Below are positions 29,944 through 39,846 of a stretch of DNA of 64,000 bases, piece by piece. Numbering within the stretch: the first letter of the stretch is position 1; the number at the start of each line of letters is the position of its first letter. Origin of the DNA: an uncultured bacterium (lineage in GTDB: Bacteria; Acidobacteriota; Thermoanaerobaculia; Multivoradales; JAHZIX01); the NCBI GenBank assembly GCA_965368975.1, contig CBDUPA010000010.1, positions 64,001 to 128,000 of the forward strand. The letters run 5' to 3'. The notes under the pieces were generated by a model. That model made no database searches. It was not told where the DNA came from and saw nothing but the letters and a program-made list of their open reading frames with translations. A program made the translations under genes and the position numbers.

Positions 29944-31281
29944 TCAGCGGCCCGCCAGGTCACGGATCCCCTGCTCGACGCGTCGCACCAGTTCGGGCAG
30001 AGCTTCGGCGCGCACCGAGCAGTGGGCCAGCCGGACGTAGCGGCGAGCCAGCGACACGACGCCGGTGTCGTGGTGCTCTAGCAAGTGGCGGCGCACGGCA
30101 TCGGCATCGAGGTCGAGGGACGGTGGCAATTCGGTGAGCGCGAAGCAGCCCGAGTTGAACGGCAGAACTTGCAGCAGCTCAGGATCGACGCCGGCCAGCG
30201 CGTCGCGCAACACGCGGTAGCGCTCGGCCAACACCTGGCGCACGGCCTCGACCTCGTCGGTCATGGTGTCCCCTCGCAAGGCCTGCAGCAACAAGACCTG
30301 GCTGGCAGCCACAGGCGAACCAATAGTGGCGCGCGACAATCCGGCCACCTTGCTGCCCAGGGCTTCGGCTGCGGGCGAATCCGGCTCGAACGGGAAGGTG
30401 AGGAAGCCGACGCGGCCGCCGAAGAAGGAAAACTCCTTGGTGGCACCGTCGACCTTCACTGGCACCAGTTGCTCGTGCACACCGGCCAACTCCCAGAACA
30501 TCGACGCACGTGGAATCTCCTCCTCGTACACCAGGCCGGCATAAGCGTCGTCACAGATGACCAGCAGTGGCCTCTGATCGGCGACGCGCAGCAGCGATGC
30601 TTTCACTTCGGCCCGCTCCTGCACCGTCAGCGAATAGCCACCGGGATTCGACGGCAGGTTGAGCAGTGCCAGGGCGGGCTCACCTTCTGGCAAGTGTGCT
30701 GCCTCGAGAGCTTGTTCGATGGCGGTCGGGTTGTAGCGGTAGCTGCCGTTGGACTCGCGCGTATACCCCGGCGCACCGACCAGCTTGGCCCCGGTCCGAG
30801 TGTCGAAGACCTGGCGGTAATTGCCCCAGAAGGGCAGCGGCAGTGCCAGAGTGCGGCCTTCACCGGCGAATAGGTCGGCCACTACGGATAGCCCGTGCGC
30901 CAGACCAACGGTGACGATCGGCAAACTCGACGCCGGCAGGTTCTCCCCCAACTCCGCGGCCGCCTGCCCACGCTGCCAGGCCCGCCAGCGATCCCGCACT
31001 TCGCGCAGACCAGGTACCGGCGAATACAGGAACGCACTATGAAAGTCGGCGTCGGGCAAAGCCTCGAGGCAACGCGCCATCGACGGCAGCGGCAGCGCTT
31101 TGCCGGCACCGTCGGTAATCTGCCCGATCGTGCCGTTGTACGTCTTGCCGCGGGCCTCGGCGGCCTGCACCGGGATGTCGGGCGGCAGGGCGCAGCGCCG
31201 ACCCAACGGTGACAGCAGTTGGGCAGCGGTAGGTGCGTGATCTTCCAAGGCTCGATTGGTTTGCTCTACGACTTCGGACAT
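29944..31281 (-). CDS. PLP-dependent aminotransferase class I/II
   Basis: NLPSNPGG, CDDAY, KVDGATKE (PLP Lys), GGRVGF. Confidence 0.88.
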   Translation of the reverse strand: MSEVVEQTNRALEDHAPTAAQLLSPLGRRCALPPDIPVQAAEARGKTYNGTIGQITDGAGKALPLPSMARCLEALPDADFHSAFLYSPVPGLREVRDRWRAWQRGQAAAELGENLPASSLPIVTVGLAHGLSVVADLFAGEGRTLALPLPFWGNYRQVFDTRTGAKLVGAPGYTRESNGSYRYNPTAIEQALEAAHLPEGEPALALLNLPSNPGGYSLTVQERAEVKASLLRVADQRPLLVICDDAYAGLVYEEEIPRASMFWELAGVHEQLVPVKVDGATKEFSFFGGRVGFLTFPFEPDSPAAEALGSKVAGLSRATIGSPVAASQVLLLQALRGDTMTDEVEAVRQVLAERYRVLRDALAGVDPELLQVLPFNSGCFALTELPPSLDLDADAVRRHLLEHHDTGVVSLARRYVRLAHCSVRAEALPELVRRVEQGIRDLAGR

Positions 31282-31361
31282 GGTGTAACGAGCTTCCTCG
31301 GTTGGGTTTCTGCGCTGGTGCGCGGAGAATGGTGGCATTGGGCAGTAGAATCAGCGGCGAC

Positions 31362-32069
31362 ATGCTAGCACCGATCGACACCCTGCTGGCGGCCCTGACC
31401 TCGTTTGGCGCCCCGTTCGACCTGCCGTTCGATCCAAGCCACATCGAACTGCCCGCCGACCACCAGCTGCCAGCGCTGTACCTGGGGCTGGGCGCCGTAC
31501 TGCTGCTCGTCGGACGCCGCTTGTTCTGGCTGTCGTTGGGCCTGGCCGGCTTCGTGGCTGGCCTGGTAGCGATGAGCCACGTCGAGCTGCCACCGTCGTC
31601 GCCGATCTGGACGCCCTGGGCCGTAGCTGCCGTCTTTGGCTTGCTGGGTGTGCTGCTGGCCATCTTCGTGCAGCGCGTGGTGGTCGGCGCGGTCGGCTTC
31701 GTGGCTGGTGGCCTTGGCGCCTTGTGGCTGGCCGCGACCTTCGCCTGGCCGGTCGAAACCTGGGGGACCAGCTGGGGCGTGGGAGGCTGGGGTTGGCTGC
31801 TCGTCTTCTGCGTCGGCGGCGGCGTCATGGCGGCGCTCGCCGGGTACCTGTTCGAGGCCGCCCTGATCGTCCTGTCGGCGCTCGCCGGTTCCGCGCTGAT
31901 CGTCACCGTGACCCGCCTCGATGCTCAGGTCGACCTGGTGCTCTTCCCGGCGCTGGCGCTTCTCGGCATGCTGATACAGACCGGCACGTTCGGCAGGCGC
32001 GAACAGAAGACCACGGCCGCGCCATCCACCGCGCGCGCTTCCCCGCCAGCGGCAAATTTGACAGACTGA
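31362..32069 (+). CDS. Multi-pass membrane protein (DUF4203-like)
   Basis: About 6-7 Gly-rich TM helices, LVGRRLFW..LGLAGF; start taken at ATG 31362. Confidence 0.7.
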   Translation: MLAPIDTLLAALTSFGAPFDLPFDPSHIELPADHQLPALYLGLGAVLLLVGRRLFWLSLGLAGFVAGLVAMSHVELPPSSPIWTPWAVAAVFGLLGVLLAIFVQRVVVGAVGFVAGGLGALWLAATFAWPVETWGTSWGVGGWGWLLVFCVGGGVMAALAGYLFEAALIVLSALAGSALIVTVTRLDAQVDLVLFPALALLGMLIQTGTFGRREQKTTAAPSTARASPPAANLTD

Positions 32070-32073
32070 AGCC

Positions 32074-32568
32074 ATGAGACCCATTGTCGCCAGCGACCTG
32101 ATGACTCCGGACGTACTCACCGTCTCCCACGACATGACGGTGCGCGAACTGGCCACCTTTCTGGTCGACAACGAGATCAGTGGCGCGCCGGTGCGCGACG
32201 CCAAGGGCCATCTGATCGGCGTCGTCTCGGTAGTCGACGTGGTGCGAGTCACGTCAGAAGAGAACGACGTTGCCGGTGCCCCGGACGATGCCGAGCCCGA
32301 CTTCTACCGGCGCGACGAGTGGGCCGACACGCTGCGTGAAGAGGAAGCGCCCGATCTCGACGAACTGCAAGGCGAACCTCGAGTGCGCGACATCCTGACG
32401 CCGGTGGTCTACAGCGTCAACGAAGACGCCACCGTCGACGAGATCGCCTCGCTGATGTTGCAGCACCACCTACACCGGGTGCTCGTCAAGTGCAGCGAGG
32501 ATGGTCGAGCCGTCGGCATCATCACGACGTCGGACCTGCTGGGCCTGCTGGTCGACGAAGACGACTAG
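32074..32568 (+). CDS. CBS-pair domain protein
   Basis: ASDLMTPDVLTV, ISGAPVRD..G.LIGVVS, VRDILTP, VGIITTSDLL. Confidence 0.9.
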   Translation: MRPIVASDLMTPDVLTVSHDMTVRELATFLVDNEISGAPVRDAKGHLIGVVSVVDVVRVTSEENDVAGAPDDAEPDFYRRDEWADTLREEEAPDLDELQGEPRVRDILTPVVYSVNEDATVDEIASLMLQHHLHRVLVKCSEDGRAVGIITTSDLLGLLVDEDD

Positions 32569-32625
32569 CAGCGGTAGCTCGCCTTTCGGCATCGTGGCTT
32601 ATCGCGAGCTACAATAGCTCGCACC

Positions 32626-35199
32626 ATGCGCAAGCCCGCCCCGAAGTTCAAGACACTGTTGCTCGGTGTCGGGCTAGCCGCCTTCCTGGTGGCCTCGCTA
32701 TCGGTGGTCGACATGCTCTTGCCGCGAGCCTTCGACGGCATCATCTTCGACTCTGATTCGCCGCAGGATCTGGTGGTGCTGAGCGTGGTCCCGGGCTCGG
32801 GTGCCGAACAGGCCGGCATTCTGGCTGGCGACCGGGTAGCGGGCATCGCGCACAACGCGATTCGCAACCACCGCCACGCCTACCAGCTGATGGAGAGGCT
32901 GCAAGGCGACGGACGCGCGGTCCTGTACTTGATCGAGCGCGATCGGGACATCCTCACCCGGCGTGTGCGTATCGACCGCCGCAGTACCGGCCAGCTGCCC
33001 TACTTCCTGGCGTGCTTGCTGGCGCTGTTCTTCTTCGCCGTCGGCCTGTTTGTGCTGCAGCGGCAACCGAACCAGAGTGCCAGCCGGGTCTTCTATCTCC
33101 TCAGCACCCTTTTCTTGCTCTTCCTGGTGTGCCGGCTGCGGCCGGCCTCGTACTCGCAAGTCGACGCCTTCGTTCTGAGCATTGGAACCGCGGCGCTGCT
33201 GCTGCTGCCGGCGAGCTTTCTGCATTTCTTCCTCATCTTCCCGCGGCCCCTGCGCGTGCAGCCGCTACGGCGGCGTGCACTGCTGCTGCTGCTCTATGCC
33301 CTGCCACCCGCGGTGCTGACAGCCGCCTACCTTCTGGCCGAGGGCACGCCGGAGCGGCTGTACGGAGCGCCGGTGGCCAACTGGTGGGTGCTCGCCGTCT
33401 ACATGGTGCTGGGCTTGACGGCGCTGGCCTGGAACGCCATCGGCCTGGCCGACACCCGCGAGCGGCGCGGCGCCCGCCTGGTCCTGCTCGGCGCCTGTTT
33501 CGGTCTATTACCCTTCCTGAGCCTCGCCGTCGCCTACCCGGCAGTGCGCCACACAGAGCGCTTCCTGTACCTCGGCGTGCTGCCGCTGGCCTTGGTGCCC
33601 CTGACCTTCGCCTACGCCATCATACGCTTCCAGCTTCTGGACATCCGCGTCATCCTGCGCCGCGGCCTCGTCTACACGCTGACCACGGTCGCGCTGACCG
33701 TCGTCTACGCGCTCGGCATCGCCGCCTTCAACCACCTGATGGGCGGCAGTGAGCTGGCGGCATCACGCTTTTCTCCGCTGCTGCTGGCGCTGGCCATCGT
33801 GCTGCTGTTCGAGCCGGTACGGCGCTGGCTGCAGGGTGCCCTCGATCGCTTCTTCGTCGCTGACCGGTCGCGCCTGCAACGCGCCATGGTCGACCTCGGC
33901 GAGGCGCTGAGCGCTCACGTCGACCCGCACCGAGTCGTCCGTGAGCTGGTCGCCAAGCTGCCGCAACACCTCGACCTCCACTTCGCGGCCCTCTACCTGG
34001 TGCGCGACGGTCGACTGGAGCGCACCGCCGGCCCCGACCACTTGCCCGCTCTGCTGCCGGACATCCCGGCGCTCAACGACTACCTGAGCCGCAACTCGGG
34101 CCAGCCATCGAGCGAGCCGTCGCGGCGCCTGCTACCGTTGCCCCTGCTCGATCGGCTGGCCCAGAAGGCACCCGAGGTAGCGTTGCTGCGCCAGCAGCTG
34201 GAAGCCGCCGGCGTCGAGCTGCTGGCCGACCTGTCGTCGCCGCGCCGGCGGCTCGGCCTGGTGCTGCTGTCCGACCGCCGCGGCAACCTGTCGCTGGAGC
34301 CGGTAGCACAGGAACTGCTCGGCGGATTGCTGTCGCAGACTGCAATCGCCCTCGAGACCGGCCTGCTGCTCGAAGAGCGCACCCGCCGCGTCGAACTGGA
34401 CCGCGAGTTGCAGATCGCGTCCTCGATCCAAACTTCACTGATTCCGGAGCAGGTCTACCTCGACGAACGCTGGGAAGTGGCCGCTCTGTGCCGGCCGGCC
34501 CAAGATGTCGGTGGCGATTTCTTCACCCAGTTGCCCGGTGCGCTGCCCGGCTCATCCGCCATGGTCTATGGCGACGTCGCCGGCAAGTCGGTGTCCGGAG
34601 CCCTACTCATGATGGCCACCCACGAGATCCTGCACACCCTGGCGATGACGCATCCACGGCCGCAGGAGTTGCTGCAGCTGGCCAACAGCCGGCTCTATGA
34701 ACTGCACCGGCAAGACACGCCGATCGCTGTCCCGACATGCGCTGTTCAGGACACCGCCGCGACCAGCCGCCGCCATACCGGGCCGCGCCCCTTCGTCGCT
34801 CTCGGCTACCTGGCCGCCGAAGACGAGGGCCGCCGTTTGCGCTACGCTCTAGCTGGCCAACCACCGCTGCTGTTGCGTCAGCTCGACGGCAAAGTGCGCG
34901 AGCTCCCTTTGCCGTCTCACCGGTTGCCACTCGGTTGTTTCGCTGAAGGCATCTATCCACTGCTCGACGTCGAACTCGCTCCCGGGGACATGGTACTGGC
35001 GTGCTCGGACGGCGTCATCGAAGCACGCAACGCGACCGGTGACGCCTTCGGCAGCGACCGCTTGCTCGAGGTCCTCCGACAGACGCCACCCGATCCGCAG
35101 GTCCTGCTGCGCCGCCTGCTCGACGCGCTCGACGACTTCGTGCTCGACCACCAACCCTACGACGACTTGACCCTGGTGGCTCTGTGTCGACGCGCTTGA
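32626..35199 (+). CDS. Membrane PP2C/SpoIIE phosphatase with PDZ, multi-TM and GAF-like domains
   Basis: PDZ (VVPGSGAEQAGILAGDRV), FAYAIIRFQLLDI, VGGDF, GDVAGK, SDGV, DDLT. Confidence 0.88.
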   Translation: MRKPAPKFKTLLLGVGLAAFLVASLSVVDMLLPRAFDGIIFDSDSPQDLVVLSVVPGSGAEQAGILAGDRVAGIAHNAIRNHRHAYQLMERLQGDGRAVLYLIERDRDILTRRVRIDRRSTGQLPYFLACLLALFFFAVGLFVLQRQPNQSASRVFYLLSTLFLLFLVCRLRPASYSQVDAFVLSIGTAALLLLPASFLHFFLIFPRPLRVQPLRRRALLLLLYALPPAVLTAAYLLAEGTPERLYGAPVANWWVLAVYMVLGLTALAWNAIGLADTRERRGARLVLLGACFGLLPFLSLAVAYPAVRHTERFLYLGVLPLALVPLTFAYAIIRFQLLDIRVILRRGLVYTLTTVALTVVYALGIAAFNHLMGGSELAASRFSPLLLALAIVLLFEPVRRWLQGALDRFFVADRSRLQRAMVDLGEALSAHVDPHRVVRELVAKLPQHLDLHFAALYLVRDGRLERTAGPDHLPALLPDIPALNDYLSRNSGQPSSEPSRRLLPLPLLDRLAQKAPEVALLRQQLEAAGVELLADLSSPRRRLGLVLLSDRRGNLSLEPVAQELLGGLLSQTAIALETGLLLEERTRRVELDRELQIASSIQTSLIPEQVYLDERWEVAALCRPAQDVGGDFFTQLPGALPGSSAMVYGDVAGKSVSGALLMMATHEILHTLAMTHPRPQELLQLANSRLYELHRQDTPIAVPTCAVQDTAATSRRHTGPRPFVALGYLAAEDEGRRLRYALAGQPPLLLRQLDGKVRELPLPSHRLPLGCFAEGIYPLLDVELAPGDMVLACSDGVIEARNATGDAFGSDRLLEVLRQTPPDPQVLLRRLLDALDDFVLDHQPYDDLTLVALCRRA

Positions 35200-35290
35200 A
35201 AGCCCATCGCGCGCCGTGTGCCGCCACCGGTTTTGCAACCCACCCCAGCCGTGGTCGTATACTTGGCCAGCCGTCAACCCGATCCGCATC

Positions 35291-36700
35291 GTGAACCACA
35301 TCCCAAACACCCCCGCGCCTCGTCCTCGACAGCGTGCCTCACACCGGCCGCTACGAGACTGCACCCGCTTGTTGTTGTGTTGCGCTCTATGGCTGTCCCT
35401 ACACGGCTGCTCGACGGATCAGGAGATCTGGTCCAGCGACTCGCCGGAGGCGCGCGCAGCCCTGGAACAGGGCCTGGAGGCGCGCTCCAAGCACGACTTC
35501 TGGGAAGCTCGCGAACACTTCCGCAAGGCCCTGGAACTGGATCCTGAGTTCGCCGTCCCGAAGGCCCTGCTGCTCGAAGGCGATCTGCCACGCGGTCGTC
35601 TGCAGCGCTGGGCATCGGAGCTCGAGGCCGTCGATCTGACGACCCTGCAACCGCACGAGGCTTTCCTGATCCGGCAGCGGCTGCTGCTGCTGGAAGGGGA
35701 CCTGGAAACGCTAGAGCACTACACGGCGGAACACCTCGACCGCTACCCCAACGATCCTTGGGCACTGAGTTCCTACGGCCATCAGGCGTTCAACAAGGAT
35801 CGTGTCGAGCAAGCAGAAGACGCCCTGCAGCGCCTGATCGAGCTGGACCCGAACTGGGTCGAAGCGCAAAACAAGCTCGGCTACCTGGCCATGCTGGACG
35901 GCCGCTTCGATGTCGCCGAGCGACGCATGCGTACCTACCAGTTCCTGGCCCCAGACACGCCGAACCCGCACGACTCGATGGGCGAACTGCTCTTGATCAC
36001 CGGCCGCTACGAAGAGGCCCGACGTGAGTTCGAAGCAGCGCTCGAGCTCCAGCCCGAGTTCTTGCCGTCGCACGAGCAACTCCTGCGCCTCGCGCTACTC
36101 GAAAACGATCTGCCGCGCGCTAAGACCGTACTCCGTCATGCCGCCGAGGTCTGGCGAGCCAGTGGCCGCAGCCACGAGCCACGCGGCATGCGCTGCCTGC
36201 TGACCCTGTGGCAGGCCTTGCTCGAAGGCACCTGGGAAACAGCCTGGGAAGACAGTAACGACTGCAGCACGCGCTACGAGCCGGAACGCCTGGTGCTGCG
36301 CCACCGTATCGCTATCGCCAGCGGCCGCACCCAGTTGACCGCGGAACTGCGCGACCAGGCCCGGCGCTTCGGCGAATCCCTCGATCGTGGCGAACAACTG
36401 TCGACACGCCGCGTCGACTGGGCCGGCGCCGAGCAGCACATGCGCGGTATGGAACTCCTCATCGCTGGCGATACAGCCGGCGCCGTCGACGCCTTCCGCC
36501 AGGCCGATCCACAGTTGACCTATCGCACCGCCTCGGCCGGCGTCCTCAAACTGCTCAACCAGCTACAACTCGTGCAGACCCTGGAAGCTGCCGGGGAGAC
36601 CGAAGCAGCGGCAGAGGCACGCCGCGAGCTGGAACGGGTCAACCGCCACTTCTCCGACCTACAACCCTACCTCTCCCTCAAGCGACCCACCGCGACCTGA
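35291..36700 (+). CDS. TPR-repeat protein, probable lipoprotein
   Basis: Lipobox-like LHGC; TPRs (FRKALELDPEFA, LIELDPNW, FEAALELQPEF); start uncertain (35216-35291). Confidence 0.8.
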   Translation: MNHIPNTPAPRPRQRASHRPLRDCTRLLLCCALWLSLHGCSTDQEIWSSDSPEARAALEQGLEARSKHDFWEAREHFRKALELDPEFAVPKALLLEGDLPRGRLQRWASELEAVDLTTLQPHEAFLIRQRLLLLEGDLETLEHYTAEHLDRYPNDPWALSSYGHQAFNKDRVEQAEDALQRLIELDPNWVEAQNKLGYLAMLDGRFDVAERRMRTYQFLAPDTPNPHDSMGELLLITGRYEEARREFEAALELQPEFLPSHEQLLRLALLENDLPRAKTVLRHAAEVWRASGRSHEPRGMRCLLTLWQALLEGTWETAWEDSNDCSTRYEPERLVLRHRIAIASGRTQLTAELRDQARRFGESLDRGEQLSTRRVDWAGAEQHMRGMELLIAGDTAGAVDAFRQADPQLTYRTASAGVLKLLNQLQLVQTLEAAGETEAAAEARRELERVNRHFSDLQPYLSLKRPTAT

Positions 36701-36745
36701 AGGCTGGTTCTGAAGAAGTGGTTCTGAAGGACTGGCTCTGACGGA
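36697..36745 (+). repeat. Degenerate 13-14-bp tandem repeat (CTGAAG..TGGTT) between convergent genes
   Basis: ctgaaggctggtt ctgaagaagtggtt ctgaaggactggct ctgacgga. Confidence 0.65.
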
Positions 36746-36765
36746 TCGGCCGAGCCCTGGGCAAC

Positions 36766-37500
36766 TCATCGCCCCTGTAGCAGCGTGCGCAGCGCGCGCT
36801 TGATGACCACCGCGCTCTGCGGCCCGGCGCGAAGAAAGACCAGCCCTGCCTGGTCCAGGTGACGCCACACGACACGCACATCCGTGGTGAGCAAGTGCAC
36901 CTCCGCGCCGCGTCCCAGGTCGAGATGAAACTCGTACCCGACCTGCCAGGTTTCCGGGACCCGTCGCAGGCAGCAGCCTCTGACCGACAGGTTGTCGAGC
37001 AACAAGTGCAGCACCTGCGTTTGATTCACCGTGACGGTGACCGGCTGTCCCACTCGAATGCGCTCGTCGTCCCGCCGCCCGTGCGCCAGTTCCCTGGCAG
37101 CGTTGTCGTGGTGGCGCCGGATCGCCGCGGTGCGGATCTTGAGTTCCACGACCGGATGCCGCTGCATCAGCTGCGCCAGGTCGTCCTTGGGCAGCCGGTA
37201 GAGACGTACGTCGGTCTCGGCACGCGCCGAGGCCAGGCGCCCGGCGTCATTGAGCAACCCCATCTCACCGAAGAAATCGCCCACCCGTAGCACCGCGTAG
37301 CGGCGCATCGGCCGGCCGATGGTGTCCTGCGCGATAGCCACCCGTCCTTCGAGGATCAGGTACAGCGCATCTGCCTGATCCCCACTGCGGAAGATGATTC
37401 GTCCCGCTGCATACGACTCCTCGCGCATCAGAGATCGCAGCCATTCCCGCTCCGGCGCTTCGAGGCTATCGAACAAGGGAAGAGACTGCAGGTTTGGCAA
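36766..37500 (-). CDS. Cyclic-nucleotide-binding (cNMP) plus PilZ domain protein
   Basis: cNMP: LPLFDSL, GDQADALYLILEG, GDFFGEMGLL..RLASARA. PilZ: RRDDER and NLSVRG. TTG start with AGGAGA RBS. Confidence 0.82.
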   Translation of the reverse strand: MPNLQSLPLFDSLEAPEREWLRSLMREESYAAGRIIFRSGDQADALYLILEGRVAIAQDTIGRPMRRYAVLRVGDFFGEMGLLNDAGRLASARAETDVRLYRLPKDDLAQLMQRHPVVELKIRTAAIRRHHDNAARELAHGRRDDERIRVGQPVTVTVNQTQVLHLLLDNLSVRGCCLRRVPETWQVGYEFHLDLGRGAEVHLLTTDVRVVWRHLDQAGLVFLRAGPQSAVVIKRALRTLLQGR

Positions 37501-37511
37501 GTAGTTCTCCT

Positions 37512-37579
37512 GCGCTGTATCTCAAGCGCTGTATCTCAAGCGCCGAATCTCCGCGCCGAATCTCCGGCACTGTATTCCC
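37512..37579 (+). repeat. Five degenerate 13-14-bp direct repeats in a divergent promoter region
   Basis: gcgctgtatctcaa x2, gcgccgaatctcc x2, ggcactgtattccc-like fifth copy. Confidence 0.75.
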
Positions 37580-37718
37580 GCGATGGAGGCGCCTGGACAG
37601 GTTCGCCTGCACAGCGGGTTGCGTCGAGAGCGATCTGGCGGCATTCTATTACGCAGGTCCGGGGCTTGCCTCGGACTCTCCTGATAACCATGACGAAAAT
37701 GACCGCAAGGAGATACCC

Positions 37719-38075
37719 ATGAGCCCCCAACTACGCGAGCTGAGCCTGCCCGAAGAGCTGGATCAGGTCTTCACGGACTCGACCCAAAAGCTACAGCTAG
37801 TGTTCAAGCACAGCACCACCTGCCCGATCAGCGGCCGTGCCTTCCAAGGCTTGCAGCAGCACCTGCAGACCCCGAGCACCAACGTCGACTACTCCCTGAT
37901 CGTCGTGCAGCGTGCCCGGCCGCTGTCCAACAGCGTCGCCGAGCGTACCTCTGTGCGCCACGAGTCACCACAGGCGCTACTGCTCAAGGACGGCGAAGCC
38001 GTGTGGAACGCGTCACACTACGACATCACCGCCGACAGCCTGCAACAGGCCATCACCGCCCAGACATCAGGCTGA
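37719..38075 (+). CDS. brxC: Monothiol bacilliredoxin BrxC (YtxJ family)
   Basis: VFKHSTTCPIS and VRHESPQ motifs, WNASH; AAGGAG RBS before ATG 37719. Confidence 0.88.
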   Translation: MSPQLRELSLPEELDQVFTDSTQKLQLVFKHSTTCPISGRAFQGLQQHLQTPSTNVDYSLIVVQRARPLSNSVAERTSVRHESPQALLLKDGEAVWNASHYDITADSLQQAITAQTSG

Positions 38076-38083
38076 ACGAACCC

Positions 38084-38860
38084 TCACTCCAGCTTCTTCA
38101 GTGACCGATCCCAGCGCGGCGAGTAGCCATCGTCAAGGTCGAGCGAGAAGGCAACGGCGGTCGCCTGGCCGACGATCAGGTCACGGTGGACGGCACCAAA
38201 CCAGCGTGAGTCACGGCTGTTGTGGCGGTTGTCCCCCATCATGAAGAAGTGGTCTTCAGGCACCTCGAAGCGGAAGCTCCAATTGCGCATGTCGAGCGGC
38301 TGGTAGTTCGAGTTCGACAGCGTGATCGGATGCTCGTGGCCGTCCAGTTCTTCGATACGGAACTGCGTGCCGCGGCGACGTTGCAGTTCCAGCAGGTCTT
38401 CGTTGTCAACGTCCCACATCGTGTAGTCGACAGCCTCCCCGTTGATGTAGAGCCGGTTGTGCTGTAACTCGATCACGTCGCCCGGCGTGCCGATTACCCG
38501 CTTGACCAAGCGCTTTCCGTCCTCCGGGGAGAAGAAGACGACGATATCGCCACGCTGCGGCAGATCCCAGCGCATCAAGTGCCACGGGCTGAAGGGCAGG
38601 CGCAGGCTGTAGGCAGCCTTGTTGACGAAGATACGGTCCCCCTCCAGGATGGTGGGGATCATCGAACCCGTCGGTACATCATTCCAGTCAGCGACCGCCG
38701 AGCGGAAACAGCCGACGAGCAGGAGAATGATCATGAAGGGTCGAACCCACTCCCGCCACAGCTGATTCTGGAAGCTCGATGGCCTCTGTGGATCCGCTAC
38801 CGGGGAGGAGTCGGTGGTCTCGGCCACTTCCTCGCTCGTCTGCAACTGCTGCTCATTCAT
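38084..38860 (-). CDS. lepB: Signal peptidase I
   Basis: VPTGSMIPT (Ser), LVKRVIG (Lys), MGDNRHNSRDSR. Confidence 0.95.
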   Translation of the reverse strand: MNEQQLQTSEEVAETTDSSPVADPQRPSSFQNQLWREWVRPFMIILLLVGCFRSAVADWNDVPTGSMIPTILEGDRIFVNKAAYSLRLPFSPWHLMRWDLPQRGDIVVFFSPEDGKRLVKRVIGTPGDVIELQHNRLYINGEAVDYTMWDVDNEDLLELQRRRGTQFRIEELDGHEHPITLSNSNYQPLDMRNWSFRFEVPEDHFFMMGDNRHNSRDSRWFGAVHRDLIVGQATAVAFSLDLDDGYSPRWDRSLKKLE

Positions 38861-38916
38861 ACTGATCCTCCATCGATTCTCCGCACCGCGGAACGGCGAG
38901 GAACCATTATACTGCG

Positions 38917-39741
38917 GTGATGGACAACTTGAATGGTAAGACTCTCTTCATCACCGGTGCCAGCCGCGGCATCGGCAAGGCAATCGCACTGCGCGCGGCA
39001 CGCGACGGCGCCAACATCGTGATTGCCGCCAAGACGACCGAACCACATCCCAAGCTGCCTGGCACCATCTTCACCGCCGCCGACGAGATCCGGCAGGCAG
39101 GCGGACAGGCGCTGCCTTGCGCCGTCGACATCCGCTACGAGGAGCAGGTCGAGGCGGCGGTCGAGCTGACCGTCGAGACCTTCGGTAGCCTCGATATCCT
39201 GGTCAACAATGCCAGCGCCATCCATCTGACCGGCACCGTCGAGACGCCGATGAAACGCTACGACCTGATGCACCAGATCAACGCTCGCGGTACCTTCCTG
39301 TGCTCCAAGCTGTGTATTCCACATCTGGAAAAAGCCCCCAATCCGCACATTCTCAACATCGCGCCGCCGCTGACGCTCGAGCCCAAGTGGTTCGCGCCGC
39401 ACGTCGCCTACTCCATGGCCAAGTACGGAATGAGCCTGTGTGTGTTGGGTATGGCGGCAGAATTGGCGGAAAAAGGCATCGCGGTCAACGCCTTGTGGCC
39501 GCGTACAACGATCGCGACCGCCGCGGTGCGCAACGTACTAGGCGGCGAGGACATGGTCCGGCGCAGTCGCAAGCCAGAAGTGATGGCCGACGCGGCCCAC
39601 GCCCTCCTGACCAGCAACAGTCGCGAGAGGACGGGAAATTTCCTGCTCGACGAAGATGTGCTGCGGCAGGCCGGCGTCAGTGACTTCGACGACTACGCGG
39701 TCGACCCCAGTGTTGAGCTGTTGCCCGATTTCTTCCTTTGA
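38917..39741 (+). CDS. Short-chain dehydrogenase/reductase (HSDL2-like)
   Basis: TGASRGIG, AKT.EPHPKLPGTI, NNASAI, YSMAK, NALWPRT. Confidence 0.92.
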   Translation: MMDNLNGKTLFITGASRGIGKAIALRAARDGANIVIAAKTTEPHPKLPGTIFTAADEIRQAGGQALPCAVDIRYEEQVEAAVELTVETFGSLDILVNNASAIHLTGTVETPMKRYDLMHQINARGTFLCSKLCIPHLEKAPNPHILNIAPPLTLEPKWFAPHVAYSMAKYGMSLCVLGMAAELAEKGIAVNALWPRTTIATAAVRNVLGGEDMVRRSRKPEVMADAAHALLTSNSRERTGNFLLDEDVLRQAGVSDFDDYAVDPSVELLPDFFL

Positions 39742-39846
39742 GCCACGTCGACCGGTCGCATCGCCAGGTGTTCCCTTCCTGGCAAGGTTGTGGTACAAGC
39801 GAGCATGAACCCGCCGCTACCGCCGGCTCGACTAGGAGGCTTGAAT

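Noticed and set aside
29084-37579. Short repeat arrays as CRISPR
   Set aside because: Units are 13-14 bp, have no unique spacers, and there are no cas genes
37494-37718. N-terminal extension of BrxC
   Set aside because: It runs through the intergenic repeats; the RBS and family length support 37719
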